Shown piece by piece: positions 9,092-18,130 of a DNA stretch of 64,000 bases. Positions within the stretch are counted from its first letter, which is position 1. Each line of letters begins with the position of its first letter. The notes beneath the pieces were generated by a model, which was given only the letters and a program-made list of their open reading frames with translations, was not told the DNA's origin and did no database searches. Source of the DNA: an uncultured Candidatus Saccharibacteria bacterium (GTDB lineage Bacteria > Patescibacteriota > Minisyncoccia > UBA6257 > GWB1-50-10); contig CAYISA010000005.1 in assembly GCA_964365955.1 (NCBI GenBank), forward strand, positions 751 to 64,750, in the 5' to 3' direction. Both the position numbers and the translations under genes were made by a program.

Positions 9092-9934
9092 TCATTGCCT
9101 TTCGAATTTGTAATAACCGCAATTAAAACAGAAAGGGGACTCGTCGATGGTCAGCGCATCAGTGCCGCACATCTTCATTTTTCCATACAAATCGTACTCG
9201 CCTTCCTGTCGAATCAGAACAATAAGAAGTGTATCTTTTACCGCAGGCGGGAGGGATTCCCTTAAAATCCGATAGGTTCCGCTCCGAAAGAGCGTGTCAC
9301 TCCGAAAACGAAAAAAAATCCCCCGACTTTCGAAGGTCCACGTTTCTCTATAACCGACCATTGCGGGCGATGTCGTTCCATCGAACGGATTGTATGACTC
9401 CGCCCATTCCCAAGATCCATGGAGCGAACGTTTCGCTTGTGCCATGGAAGGAGTTGGCTTGATTCTCCCGTACACCGAGTATCCCACATCCGAAGAAAAA
9501 TAAGGATTTAAAACCATGGTGTCTTGACATGGAAATTGAACCTCGAATTTTGTTTCCCATATCCAGCCGGAAATTCTGCCATAGAACTCTATCATCTGTA
9601 CGGGATAAAAAGATGCGAACGGCGTCCGACCCAAGGAAACGCGGAAGTGGCCTTCTCCCCAAAGGGTGTCGTTTATATACACCGCAAATGTTGAATCAGG
9701 TTTAAACCAAAATGTTCGCGTATATCCCGCTTTCTCCGGAGTCCATCTTCCACCCATTCCTCCGTTTGATTCTGTCCAATACCATCGTCCGACAATTCCA
9801 TGTGGATCGTCAATAAAAACAGGCGGGGCATTGGGAGATATCTGCACGATATCTTCCTTACAACCCAAGAAATGAAACTGGGCCAAAAAGACCGCCATGA
9901 GCAAAAAAATCCACCATGCTGACCTTGCATTCAT
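9092..9934 (-). CDS. Lipoprotein with two tandem lipocalin-like (GxW) repeats
   Basis: Signal peptide with LGC lipobox; IVGRWYWTES..GY and LHGSWEWAES..GY repeats. Confidence 0.75.
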   Translation of the reverse strand: MNARSAWWIFLLMAVFLAQFHFLGCKEDIVQISPNAPPVFIDDPHGIVGRWYWTESNGGMGGRWTPEKAGYTRTFWFKPDSTFAVYINDTLWGEGHFRVSLGRTPFASFYPVQMIEFYGRISGWIWETKFEVQFPCQDTMVLNPYFSSDVGYSVYGRIKPTPSMAQAKRSLHGSWEWAESYNPFDGTTSPAMVGYRETWTFESRGIFFRFRSDTLFRSGTYRILRESLPPAVKDTLLIVLIRQEGEYDLYGKMKMCGTDALTIDESPFCFNCGYYKFERQ

Positions 9935-10078
9935 GATTTCTTCCTTTCGTCGATTTTAAAAATGCTGAATTCAGTATTCTTAAATCCAACGGATAAATCA
10001 AGAGCGTTTTGACATCCCTCCTTCCGCCTGTTACAACCAATACAGTATCTTTCAAACCACACGAGAGGAAACAGAGAT

Positions 10079-10747
10079 ATGCCTATAAACCTGATCGAGG
10101 TGGAAGTGACGCAACTGATAGAGGGAACAGCGGCTGGGAATAAGAAAGTTCTGGGTTTAGTGCTTGCAGAGAAAGACGGTCCAAGAATACTAACCATAGA
10201 ACTAGAGGCGTCCGATGCGCTCATGCTGACCACGCTCACCGAAAAAGTGAAGCTAGAGGATCCTCCTCTCCCGTGGGTAGTTGTGAACATGCTTCGCGTG
10301 CTTGGAGCAGAAGTCATCTGCGTGACGATCGCGAAAACGAAAGAAAAAATACTGCGGGCATTGATGAAACTGAACGGAAAAGACTCGATTCTGATACGGC
10401 CTCCGGACGCAATTGCAATGATAACGGACGCTTCAATCCTCGTCGCAGAGGAACTTTTGATGAACCCCACGGATAAGCAGCTCGCAAAACGGGAAACGCG
10501 CGAAGAAAAAAAGGCACGTGAAGCAGTAGCCGTGGAAAACGCGAAGAAGAACGAACGGCTGAAAGCGGAAATCGAGCAATTAGACAAGGCCATTGATAAG
10601 GCGCTTACCGCGCAAGATTTCCACAAAGTCGCGGAACTTCAAAAGGAGTTGCACATTAAACGTCTTCTGCTCGGAGATATTGCAAGACCCATTGATCCCG
10701 GCATCATCGCGCTATTAGACGAAAATGAACTGTCGCCCATTTTGTAA
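10079..10747 (+). CDS. Divergent bifunctional nuclease (DUF151/BFN) domain plus UVR coiled coil
   Basis: LVLAE..PRILTI, IRPPDAIAM, ILVAEELL, ALTAQDFHKVAEL; own promoter TTGACA-17-TACAAC. Confidence 0.7.
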   Translation: MPINLIEVEVTQLIEGTAAGNKKVLGLVLAEKDGPRILTIELEASDALMLTTLTEKVKLEDPPLPWVVVNMLRVLGAEVICVTIAKTKEKILRALMKLNGKDSILIRPPDAIAMITDASILVAEELLMNPTDKQLAKRETREEKKAREAVAVENAKKNERLKAEIEQLDKAIDKALTAQDFHKVAELQKELHIKRLLLGDIARPIDPGIIALLDENELSPIL

Positions 10748-10756
10748 TAGTGATCT

Positions 10757-10788
10757 CTCCCCGCTCGTTTTTGGGCGGGGATCTTTTA
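10757..10788 (+). terminator. Intrinsic terminator
   Basis: TCCCCGCTC/GGGCGGGGA followed by TCTTTT. Confidence 0.7.
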
Positions 10789-10827
10789 TCGCTTTACATT
10801 TTTTGACCTCATTGTTATGATGGCTCC

Positions 10828-11331
10828 ATCCAACAATACAGAGTAAATAATCAAATTAGCGCCCCGGAACTGCGCCTGATTGGGGAGACAGGTGAAAATA
10901 TCGGCGTCGTGTCGCGACAGGAAGCGCTCCGACTGGCTGCCGAAAAAAGCCTTGATCTGATCGAAATCGCCCCTACCGCCAAACCGCCGGTTGCCCGCAT
11001 CATCAGCTTCGACAAATTCCGCTATCAGAAAGAGAAAGAAGAGAAAAAACAGCGTGTGGCACAAAAGGTGAAGGAAATGAAGCAGATTCGGATTACCGCC
11101 CGAGCCGCCGCAAACGATCTGCAAATTCGGGTAACGCAAGCGGAAAAGTTTCTTGCGGATGGACATAAGATAGAGATCAATTTATTCTTGCGGGGACGTG
11201 AAAAGGCGAATAAGGATTGGGCACTCAAGAAAATGAAAGAGTTTTTGGCTCTTATCCAGATCCCCCACACCGTCACCTTGCCACCCAAACAGGGGGGGCG
11301 CGGATTCGTAGCTCAAATCACAAAAAAATAA
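10828..11331 (+). CDS. infC: Translation initiation factor IF-3, probable ATC start
   Basis: YRVNNQISAPELRLI, LDLIEI, PPVARI, LRGRE; no in-frame ATG/GTG/TTG upstream of the conserved N-terminus. Confidence 0.93.
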   Translation: MQQYRVNNQISAPELRLIGETGENIGVVSRQEALRLAAEKSLDLIEIAPTAKPPVARIISFDKFRYQKEKEEKKQRVAQKVKEMKQIRITARAAANDLQIRVTQAEKFLADGHKIEINLFLRGREKANKDWALKKMKEFLALIQIPHTVTLPPKQGGRGFVAQITKK

Positions 11332-11336
11332 TTCGT

Positions 11337-11510
11337 ATGAACAAAAGCATCAAAAAAAGGATCACGATTACTTCCACGGGGAAAATCCGCCGGCGCGCGA
11401 TGGCGCTCGGGCACTCGCGCACCAATAAAAACAGTCGGCAAATGCAGAGAAAAAAGAACACGCGCGGGATCGATATTACGTCGCGCGTGATCACAAAACA
11501 TTTCAGATAA
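11337..11510 (+). CDS. rpmI: 50S ribosomal protein L35
   Basis: KSIKKRITITSTGKI; lies between infC and rplT. Confidence 0.9.
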   Translation: MNKSIKKRITITSTGKIRRRAMALGHSRTNKNSRQMQRKKNTRGIDITSRVITKHFR

Positions 11511-11513
11511 CCC

Positions 11514-11858
11514 ATGACACGCATCAAACGCGGAAAAACCGCGAATAAAAAACGCGCGAAGCTTTTAAAATACGCCAAAGGGTTCCGTTGGGGACGCAAA
11601 TCCAAAGAGCGTTTGGCGAACGAAGCGCTTCTCCACGCGTGGAGTCGCCAGTTTAAAGGGCGCAAAGAAAAAAAGCGCGTCTATCGTTCGCTCTGGACCA
11701 CGCAGATCAATGCCGCAGTCCGGATGGAAGGGACCACCTACAGCAGGCTCATTGCGATGCTTAAGAAAAAGAATGTGAAGCTGGACCGGAAAATCCTTGC
11801 GGATATCGCAAACGAGCATCCGGCGGTGTTCAAGAAGATTGCGGAATCGATGAAATAG
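11514..11858 (+). CDS. rplT: 50S ribosomal protein L20
   Basis: MTRIKRG, AKGFRWGR, RSLW..QINAA, LDRKILAD. Confidence 0.98.
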   Translation: MTRIKRGKTANKKRAKLLKYAKGFRWGRKSKERLANEALLHAWSRQFKGRKEKKRVYRSLWTTQINAAVRMEGTTYSRLIAMLKKKNVKLDRKILADIANEHPAVFKKIAESMK

Positions 11859-11940
11859 GTCAAGTCCCCACTTAAAAACGGGGATTTTTGTTGTGGATAA
11901 CTTTTGTTGCAGAGGAGATCGGGCGTGATATAGTAAATGC

Positions 11941-12070
11941 GTTAGGGGCCACTTTGATCTCGATCTTATTAACCCCTGACGGAAACAGCTCTTTGTAATA
12001 ATTTCGGAAACCAGCGCGTACAAACGCGCACATTCGACCCTCCCATTGCTAATGCGGAGGGTCAACTATT
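11941..12070 (+). ncRNA. Candidate small structured RNA C
   Basis: Extended -10 TGaTATAGT; three hairpins (GTTAGGGG/CCCCTGAC, GCGCGT/ACGCGC, GACCCTCC/GGAGGGTC). Confidence 0.4.
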
Positions 12071-12369
12071 TATCCCAAACCGAATTTCAACAGATCAATG
12101 CGTTTATTTTTGATACTCACCCCTTCTCTCCGAAGGAGTTTTTCTTTTTTCCCCGCCCCGCCGGCAAACCCTCCCAGTCGTCCGTCGGAACAAACCACGC
12201 GGTGACACGGAACGTGCGGAGCATACGGATTCTTGTGGAGCGCGTTCCCGACTGCCCGGACGGATCCTGGATTATTTATTTTGCGGGCGATCCACTGGTA
12301 CGTGGCGACTTTCCCGCGGGGGATTTTTTTCGCCGCTCGGTAGACTTTTTCGTTGAAGGATAACATCAT
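12070..12369 (-). CDS. ogt: MGMT-family methylated-DNA-protein-cysteine methyltransferase (C-terminal domain only)
   Basis: IPRGKVATY, RAVGNAL, PCHRV. Confidence 0.9.
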   Translation of the reverse strand: MMLSFNEKVYRAAKKIPRGKVATYQWIARKINNPGSVRAVGNALHKNPYAPHVPCHRVVCSDGRLGGFAGGAGKKEKLLRREGVSIKNKRIDLLKFGLG

Positions 12370-12790
12370 GGGCGCGTTTTAAAATACTTCGCAGATTCCT
12401 ATGCATCAGAACCCGCAGGGCTTCCGGATAGGTAAACCAACCGTATCCATATGCGCGTTCTCCTTGTTTTTCTTCATCCACTTCCTGAAGCCGCACGCGC
12501 GTGGTCGCGGTTTCCGCCAGATAATAGGTCACGGTTTTGAAGATTTTTTGCTTGTCGCGCGTGAATACAAAATGATCCTGAATGCGAAACCAGTCTTTGA
12601 ATCGAAGGTCGCGCTCGCTGATTCCGGTCTCTTCCCACACCTCGCGAAGCGCCGCGCGAAAACTTTTTTCGCCTTCGGAGAGCTTCCCTTTGGGGAAATT
12701 CCAATACCGCCCTCCGTGATAGAGGACTAAAAACCGAGGACCTTCTTTTGTCTTTCGATAGATGATGATGCCAGCAGAGACCTCTTTCAT
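12272..12790 (-). CDS. Nudix hydrolase, asymmetrical Ap4A hydrolase-like
   Basis: SAGIIIY, WNFPKG and Nudix box G-x5-E-x5-ALREVWEETG. Confidence 0.9.
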   Translation of the reverse strand: MKEVSAGIIIYRKTKEGPRFLVLYHGGRYWNFPKGKLSEGEKSFRAALREVWEETGISERDLRFKDWFRIQDHFVFTRDKQKIFKTVTYYLAETATTRVRLQEVDEEKQGERAYGYGWFTYPEALRVLMHRNLRSILKRAHDVILQRKSLPSGEKNPPRESRHVPVDRPQNK

Positions 12791-13449
12791 ACAGAGTTTT
12801 CCCCGAAATCGTCGAGGATGTTCTTAACTTCTTTTGCAACCGTTGACCACGCAATACGGCCGCGCTCAAACATTCGTACCGATCGGTCCTCTTCGGACAC
12901 GGTAATGATCGTCGTCCCTTTGAGTATATACGAAGCCGCAATGCCGGCCAAATGTCGCGTATGAACTTTTTTCTCGAATCCGAATGCCGCCGAAAGATCT
13001 TCAACGTTCCCACCGCACATTTCTTGCGCTACTTTTTTTGGCTTCATATTTTCCAGATAAACACCGCTTGCAAAAACAATTCCTTCACGGCTTATCAGAA
13101 TTGCCCCGTCAAAATCCGTGGTGCGTTTCAAAGACCCCACGCATTCCTTAAACGAGTGGTCGCTCACATTAAAATGCCGCGTTTTGAACAGATTTTGGTC
13201 CGCATCCGCTACCGCCGCATGATTCCGGTCCCATTTTCTACGCCAACCAACCACCATAATCATTCCGAACGGTTTCCGCGCGTGCGCCTGGAGTTCCAAT
13301 ACGGTTTTGTAGACTTTTAGTTTCAGTTCCGGATCAACGCCCCCCGGAAGCGCGGAAAGCGCGCGTTCCAAATACGTCTTCTCTTTTTCAGTAAATCTCG
13401 GATACGCATGAATCCTTTGGTCTAGCGAAAGATTTTTAATCATAGGCAT
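12787..13449 (-). CDS. DAC (DisA_N) domain protein, diadenylate cyclase-like
   Basis: FDGAILI, HTRHLAG and ITVSEE motifs. Confidence 0.8.
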   Translation of the reverse strand: MPMIKNLSLDQRIHAYPRFTEKEKTYLERALSALPGGVDPELKLKVYKTVLELQAHARKPFGMIMVVGWRRKWDRNHAAVADADQNLFKTRHFNVSDHSFKECVGSLKRTTDFDGAILISREGIVFASGVYLENMKPKKVAQEMCGGNVEDLSAAFGFEKKVHTRHLAGIAASYILKGTTIITVSEEDRSVRMFERGRIAWSTVAKEVKNILDDFGENSV

Positions 13450-13495
13450 AACGACTCTCAATAAGTAATACGCGCGCAAGGACCGAAATGTGTCA

Positions 13496-14125
13496 TTATT
13501 TTATATGTCGTTCGGGAAATATTCGTTTTTGTCCGTCCTCTTGATGTCTTATCTCATGGCGGAGAGGGAGCTGAAGAAGCGCCGCGCCTACCGCAATCAC
13601 GGACGCAATCACAAAGAGCACCTGAAATCCGAATGCGTCAACAATATAACCTCCAACTGCGGCAGAGATTGCCACGGGAATTCCAAAAGAAAACACGCTC
13701 TGCAAACTCCATTCAAAACTTATTCGCCACTCATCTACATGACGCGTAAAAATGGCGTACCAACTCGGCACCGCTAACGCCATGGCAAATCCATAAATAC
13801 CCTGTACGACGTAGAGATGCCAGGGTTTCGTTACGAAAAGATACCCAAGAGGAACAAGGGCGCTGATTATGTAGCCACAAAACATGGTCCAAAAGTCATC
13901 CTTCTCTCCTTTTGTTTTGTCTAAAAAGCGCGCGACAGGAAGTTGAACAATCGATTTTACAATCCAAAAAACCGCGGTTGCCATACCTACAACACTTGCG
14001 GAACCATCCGTAATCTGTCTTGTTATAAAAATTGCGAAAATCGGAGCAAATGTTCCTAATGCCGAATTGAAGAAAAAATCCACAAAGATAAGCCGTTTGA
14101 TGATGGTATTAATATTTTGAAACAT
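13496..14125 (-). CDS. Half-size (6-TM) MFS transporter
   Basis: Six hydrophobic segments; ARFLDKTKG motif-A-like sequence. Confidence 0.85.
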   Translation of the reverse strand: MFQNINTIIKRLIFVDFFFNSALGTFAPIFAIFITRQITDGSASVVGMATAVFWIVKSIVQLPVARFLDKTKGEKDDFWTMFCGYIISALVPLGYLFVTKPWHLYVVQGIYGFAMALAVPSWYAIFTRHVDEWRISFEWSLQSVFSFGIPVAISAAVGGYIVDAFGFQVLFVIASVIAVGAALLQLPLRHEIRHQEDGQKRIFPERHIK

Positions 14126-16633
14126 TTAGGCGGTGGTCTTAAAATCAAATTTCTCTCCGTCGTGGACGAGCGATAGTATATTTCCGCGCGCAATTTCTTT
14201 CCGCAGAATCTTGTCCGCAAGGGTGCTGCGCACATTTTCGGAAATCGCGTTCCGAAGCGGGCGTGCACCGAAAACGGGGCTGTATCCTACCTCCGCGATC
14301 TTCGAAAGCGCACTATCCTCCACCCGCAGTTCTACGCCTTGGGTTTCCATGAGTGTGTCCGCAATTTCCTTGATCATAAATGCCGTCACTTTTTTGATTT
14401 CCGCTATGTTCAAGCTGCGGAACACGATAATGTCCGAAAAACGATTGATAAGCTCCGGCTTGAAATACGTGGTGAGTTTTTTCTTAAGCTCGCCCGCAAT
14501 ACTTTCGCTGGTGTTTCCTTTTTCGATCTCTTCCTTAATAAAGTCGGAGTGCGCGTTCGACGTCGCAATAATAATCGTATTTTCAAAACTCACCGTACGC
14601 CCCAGACTGTCGGTTAATCTCCCGTCGTCAAACACCTGTAAAAATATGTTTAAGAGGTCGGGATTCGATTTTTCGAATTCGTCGAGCAGAACCAAACTGA
14701 ACGGTTTTTCAAATACCGCATCAGTCAGGGTTCCGCTACGGCTTCCGTCCGGATTTCCGATCAGGCGAAAAATGCTTTGTTTGTCTTGATATTCCGACAT
14801 ATCGAACCGCGATAGGGCGTCTTTTGACCCGAACTGCGTCTGCGCCAAAATCTTCGCAAGCTCCGTTTTCCCCACACCTGTGGGTCCCACAAAAAGAAAA
14901 ATGGCGATGGGGCCTCCTTTGCGCGCCAACCCGCTTCGGTACTCCCGAAGCGCGCGTGCCACCGCCTTGACCGCGGCTTCTTGGTTCACTAATTTGGCGT
15001 GGATCGTCGCCTCCAGATTCAGAAGTTTTTCCGCTTCCGCGCCGTGCGCCTGCTCAATCGGAATTTTACTCTGCCGTTCCGCGACCTCCACAACCGCGGA
15101 CTCATCCACGATCTTTTTGCCGTCCTGCGACACACTCGCAAGCGCCTGTTTCAGAAGGTCGGACGCGCTTCCCGGAAGCGGCTTCTGCCGAAAATAGCGA
15201 TGCGCCACTTCCACGGCTTTTTTGAGAGCCCGAAACGTCACCATGACCTTAAATTCCCGCTCCAAAATCATACTGTCGTAGATTAGAAAACGAAGCGCAT
15301 CTGCCTCCGAGATTTCTTCAATCGTAACCCGCTCGAACTGATCCAAGAAATCCGTCCGCGGCTCTATCCATTGCTTGCACTCGCGCGGAAACGTCTCACC
15401 GACCACGGGAATTTGTGCGTTTTTGATGATGGGGAGAAAAATATCGATGGCGTTCATGGAGTTCGCATCGGAAGTACGGAATAAATCATGAATATTGGGA
15501 ACGTGGAGAACGATATTCCCCGCTTTGATGATTTCATCCGCCACTTTTTGAAGGCGTCCAGACAAAACTTCACGCGGCGCGTTTGCCAGCAGTTCGGAAA
15601 GATCGAGCGACACAAGCCGTTTGTCGTACAAAACCGGCGGCACCTTGTCTTTGGTCATCTGAAACGCCAGATGCGCAATCAAAGTGGATTTTCCCGATCC
15701 GGGCTCTCCGATCAACAGCACATTCGGTTTTCCCGGGCGAGAAATAATCTGAACCAAATGGTTGTACTCCGCCTGATGGCCGATCAAAAAACCCGACTTT
15801 TCCGCTCGCGCAAGATCGGTATAGTCGGTGCCGTACTCGTCGAGCATCGGGGTAGGGCGCGACGTCCAGGCGCGGTTCATAATACGGTGCCGCGGAGCCC
15901 CCAGCTGATTGGCAAACCCGCCGATTGCCGCCGGAATCCGCCGCAAGCCGCTTCTCATTTTTCTCCAACGCCCGAAAATCACTGTCTCGCCCAAATCCGC
16001 GGTTTCAATGCTGAACAACGCGAACAGTTTCGCGACCGACGGGTCTTTTACCGCTGCGAGCCCCACCAAAACATTCCGTGTTTCGATAAACCGCTCATTC
16101 GTATTTTTCGCGTTTTGATACGCCTCCCGTACAATTTCTCCGATCCGCTCCAGATACGCCTCCCGCGTAATTCCCTCTTTTGTTTCCCCGCTTTGAGAAA
16201 GAGATTCTTCTACTTTTGTGAGAAACGCCTTGGGGTCGGTATCGAGCCGCCGGAGCGCTTCCTGCGCATCGGGACGCGCACACATTTCGCGGAGCAACAG
16301 AAGATGAAAATCCTGCTTGGTGATCAGTGCGCGCCGGAACGTCCGCCGCACGATATGAAATGCGTCGGATGTCATGGCCTCTATAAGATTCGCGTTTTCT
16401 TCGCGTTCCAGTTCGTACAATTTTTTTTCTCCCTGCTTCGCGTGCAAAAGCCGGTCCAAAAGAAACAGCGCGAAAAGAATTCCCGCGTAGAGAAGGCGGC
16501 TGTTTCCGGAAAAAAGAAACAGTGCGGTCGCAACGCTCAAAAAAGCGTACCACACCGCAACCACCAGCCGTACAAAAAACTCCACCGGTCCCGGAAAATC
16601 AAAGCGCGGATCTTTTATATAAACGGTTTTCAT
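14126..16633 (-). CDS. ClpA/B-family AAA+ ATPase with N-terminal TM helices
   Basis: GEPGSGKS and GPTGVGKT Walker A, RFDMSEY, LLDEFEK, DGRLTD, FGARPLR. Confidence 0.92.
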   Translation of the reverse strand: MKTVYIKDPRFDFPGPVEFFVRLVVAVWYAFLSVATALFLFSGNSRLLYAGILFALFLLDRLLHAKQGEKKLYELEREENANLIEAMTSDAFHIVRRTFRRALITKQDFHLLLLREMCARPDAQEALRRLDTDPKAFLTKVEESLSQSGETKEGITREAYLERIGEIVREAYQNAKNTNERFIETRNVLVGLAAVKDPSVAKLFALFSIETADLGETVIFGRWRKMRSGLRRIPAAIGGFANQLGAPRHRIMNRAWTSRPTPMLDEYGTDYTDLARAEKSGFLIGHQAEYNHLVQIISRPGKPNVLLIGEPGSGKSTLIAHLAFQMTKDKVPPVLYDKRLVSLDLSELLANAPREVLSGRLQKVADEIIKAGNIVLHVPNIHDLFRTSDANSMNAIDIFLPIIKNAQIPVVGETFPRECKQWIEPRTDFLDQFERVTIEEISEADALRFLIYDSMILEREFKVMVTFRALKKAVEVAHRYFRQKPLPGSASDLLKQALASVSQDGKKIVDESAVVEVAERQSKIPIEQAHGAEAEKLLNLEATIHAKLVNQEAAVKAVARALREYRSGLARKGGPIAIFLFVGPTGVGKTELAKILAQTQFGSKDALSRFDMSEYQDKQSIFRLIGNPDGSRSGTLTDAVFEKPFSLVLLDEFEKSNPDLLNIFLQVFDDGRLTDSLGRTVSFENTIIIATSNAHSDFIKEEIEKGNTSESIAGELKKKLTTYFKPELINRFSDIIVFRSLNIAEIKKVTAFMIKEIADTLMETQGVELRVEDSALSKIAEVGYSPVFGARPLRNAISENVRSTLADKILRKEIARGNILSLVHDGEKFDFKTTA

Positions 16634-16641
16634 CTGGGTGG

Positions 16642-16983
16642 TTAAAATAAGATTTTGAAAACAAGGTACAGCGGGATCAAAAGCCAGATTACATAAACAC
16701 AGACGATAATTGCGAAAAGAACGCTGTACACAATGGTCCCCACCAGAAGCCGCGCAGTGCGGAAAATGATACCAAGTAAACGCCCTAGAATGGAATAATC
16801 TTTATAAAGCGGCTCAAAAAAATGACGCGCTGTTTCGCGCCACGCAAGATAATAATCGACTTCTTCCAGACGATCCACCACCCAACCCGAGTACATTTTA
16901 AAACCGCGCACATACCAATGACGCAAAAACTCCCCGATATGATAGAGAAAGTGGCTGATTAGATAGGGAATGACACGGAGCAT
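16642..16983 (-). CDS. Small membrane protein upstream of the Clp-like ATPase
   Basis: HWY and FEPLYKDYS..GR..G motifs; TM segments; TATAAT 7 nt before the ATG. Confidence 0.8.
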   Translation of the reverse strand: MLRVIPYLISHFLYHIGEFLRHWYVRGFKMYSGWVVDRLEEVDYYLAWRETARHFFEPLYKDYSILGRLLGIIFRTARLLVGTIVYSVLFAIIVCVYVIWLLIPLYLVFKILF

Positions 16984-17073
16984 TTGTATCATTATACCTC
17001 TTTTTGGGGTTTCGGAGAAAAAATGCCCCGTCCGCAAAATGCGAACGGGGACACAAATCATAACACAAGGAAC

Positions 17074-17394
17074 CTAACCCAGAGACGGCAACATCATGTT
17101 TCTTTCTCTCTCTATTCTCTGCTTAAGATTCCTCAAACGAAAATACATGAGTATCATAGCCATAATCCAGAGTACCAACAGCAGCAAACTCAAGGGGATT
17201 TCCTCAGAAAACGACGACTCTCTGTAAAAGGCGAGTAGGCCAAAGATAATCGCGGTTGAAAAGAAAAACATCACCGCGATAGAAAATCCCTTTGTTTTTT
17301 TGTAGCTATTGTTTTTTCTCGTTTCTGCTGCTTTATTTGAAAGACCGAGAAAAATAAATGTGGTGATCATCAACGCGATACTAAGTGGAAACAT
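17074..17394 (-). CDS. Hypothetical 3-TM protein
   Basis: Own TTGACA/TAAACT promoter and GGAG RBS; hydrophobic segments. Confidence 0.7.
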   Translation of the reverse strand: MFPLSIALMITTFIFLGLSNKAAETRKNNSYKKTKGFSIAVMFFFSTAIIFGLLAFYRESSFSEEIPLSLLLLVLWIMAMILMYFRLRNLKQRIERERNMMLPSLG

Positions 17395-17500
17395 AAGTTC
17401 TCCAAAAAAGTGTATGAAATTGTTAATTCGTACTTTCTGCTATAAGTTTAGCATACTACACACCATTTGTCAATACTGCCAAAAACACTGATTTTACTGC

Positions 17501-18130
17501 CTAAAACAGGTGTTCTTGGTCTGCTTTTGGCACCGGTCTTTCTTCTTTCTCCCCTTTTGCTCCTTTTGCTTTTACTTCCTCAATTTTCTTTATGATGGCG
17601 GGAAGCTTTTTGAAGCATTCTTCGAACTGTTTTAAAACGCCGGTTCCGCGGAGCGCTGCGGCCGGGTGGAACATCGGCGCTACAAACCATCCTCCGGCGC
17701 GAAATACCTTTCCCTGATCTCGACTGATTTTTGCAGTTGGCAAAAAATAATTCATGGAAAATCGCCCGAGTGTCACGATCACTTCCGGATTGATGATATC
17801 AATCTGCCGCGTAAGGTAGGGTTTGTAGCTTTCGATTTCCTCGGGAAGCGGATCGCGATTATTCGGGGGTCGGCGCTTCACAATATTGGTGATGTATACA
17901 TCCGCGCGTTTCCATCCGATACGCTCGATCATCTTGGTAAGAAGCTGTCCCGACCGCCCCACAAACGGACGTTTCAGCTCGTCTTCTTTTTGCCCAGGCG
18001 CTTCGCCGATAAAAAGCACCTTGGCATTGATATCCCCTTCTCCAAAAACTAGATTCGCCTCGCGGAGTGGAAGCGACACATTGGTTTCCATTTCTTCCGC
18101 AAGTTGTCGAAGCGCTTCAGCTTTCTTCAT
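17501..18130 (-). CDS. Uracil-DNA glycosylase family 4
   Basis: FIGEAPG, PFVGRSG, ITNIVK.RPP.NRDP, HPAAAL. Confidence 0.95.
   Translation of the reverse strand: MKKAEALRQLAEEMETNVSLPLREANLVFGEGDINAKVLFIGEAPGQKEDELKRPFVGRSGQLLTKMIERIGWKRADVYITNIVKRRPPNNRDPLPEEIESYKPYLTRQIDIINPEVIVTLGRFSMNYFLPTAKISRDQGKVFRAGGWFVAPMFHPAAALRGTGVLKQFEECFKKLPAIIKKIEEVKAKGAKGEKEERPVPKADQEHLF

Noticed and set aside
11970-12015. Hammerhead ribozyme (CTGA...GAAAC)
   Set aside because: Core reads CUGACGG rather than CUGAnGA, and the required stems could not be built
15488-16645. 385-aa plus-strand ORF and similar long antisense ORFs (9931-10626, 60019-60762)
   Set aside because: Shadows of well-supported genes on the opposite strand, with no recognisable motifs
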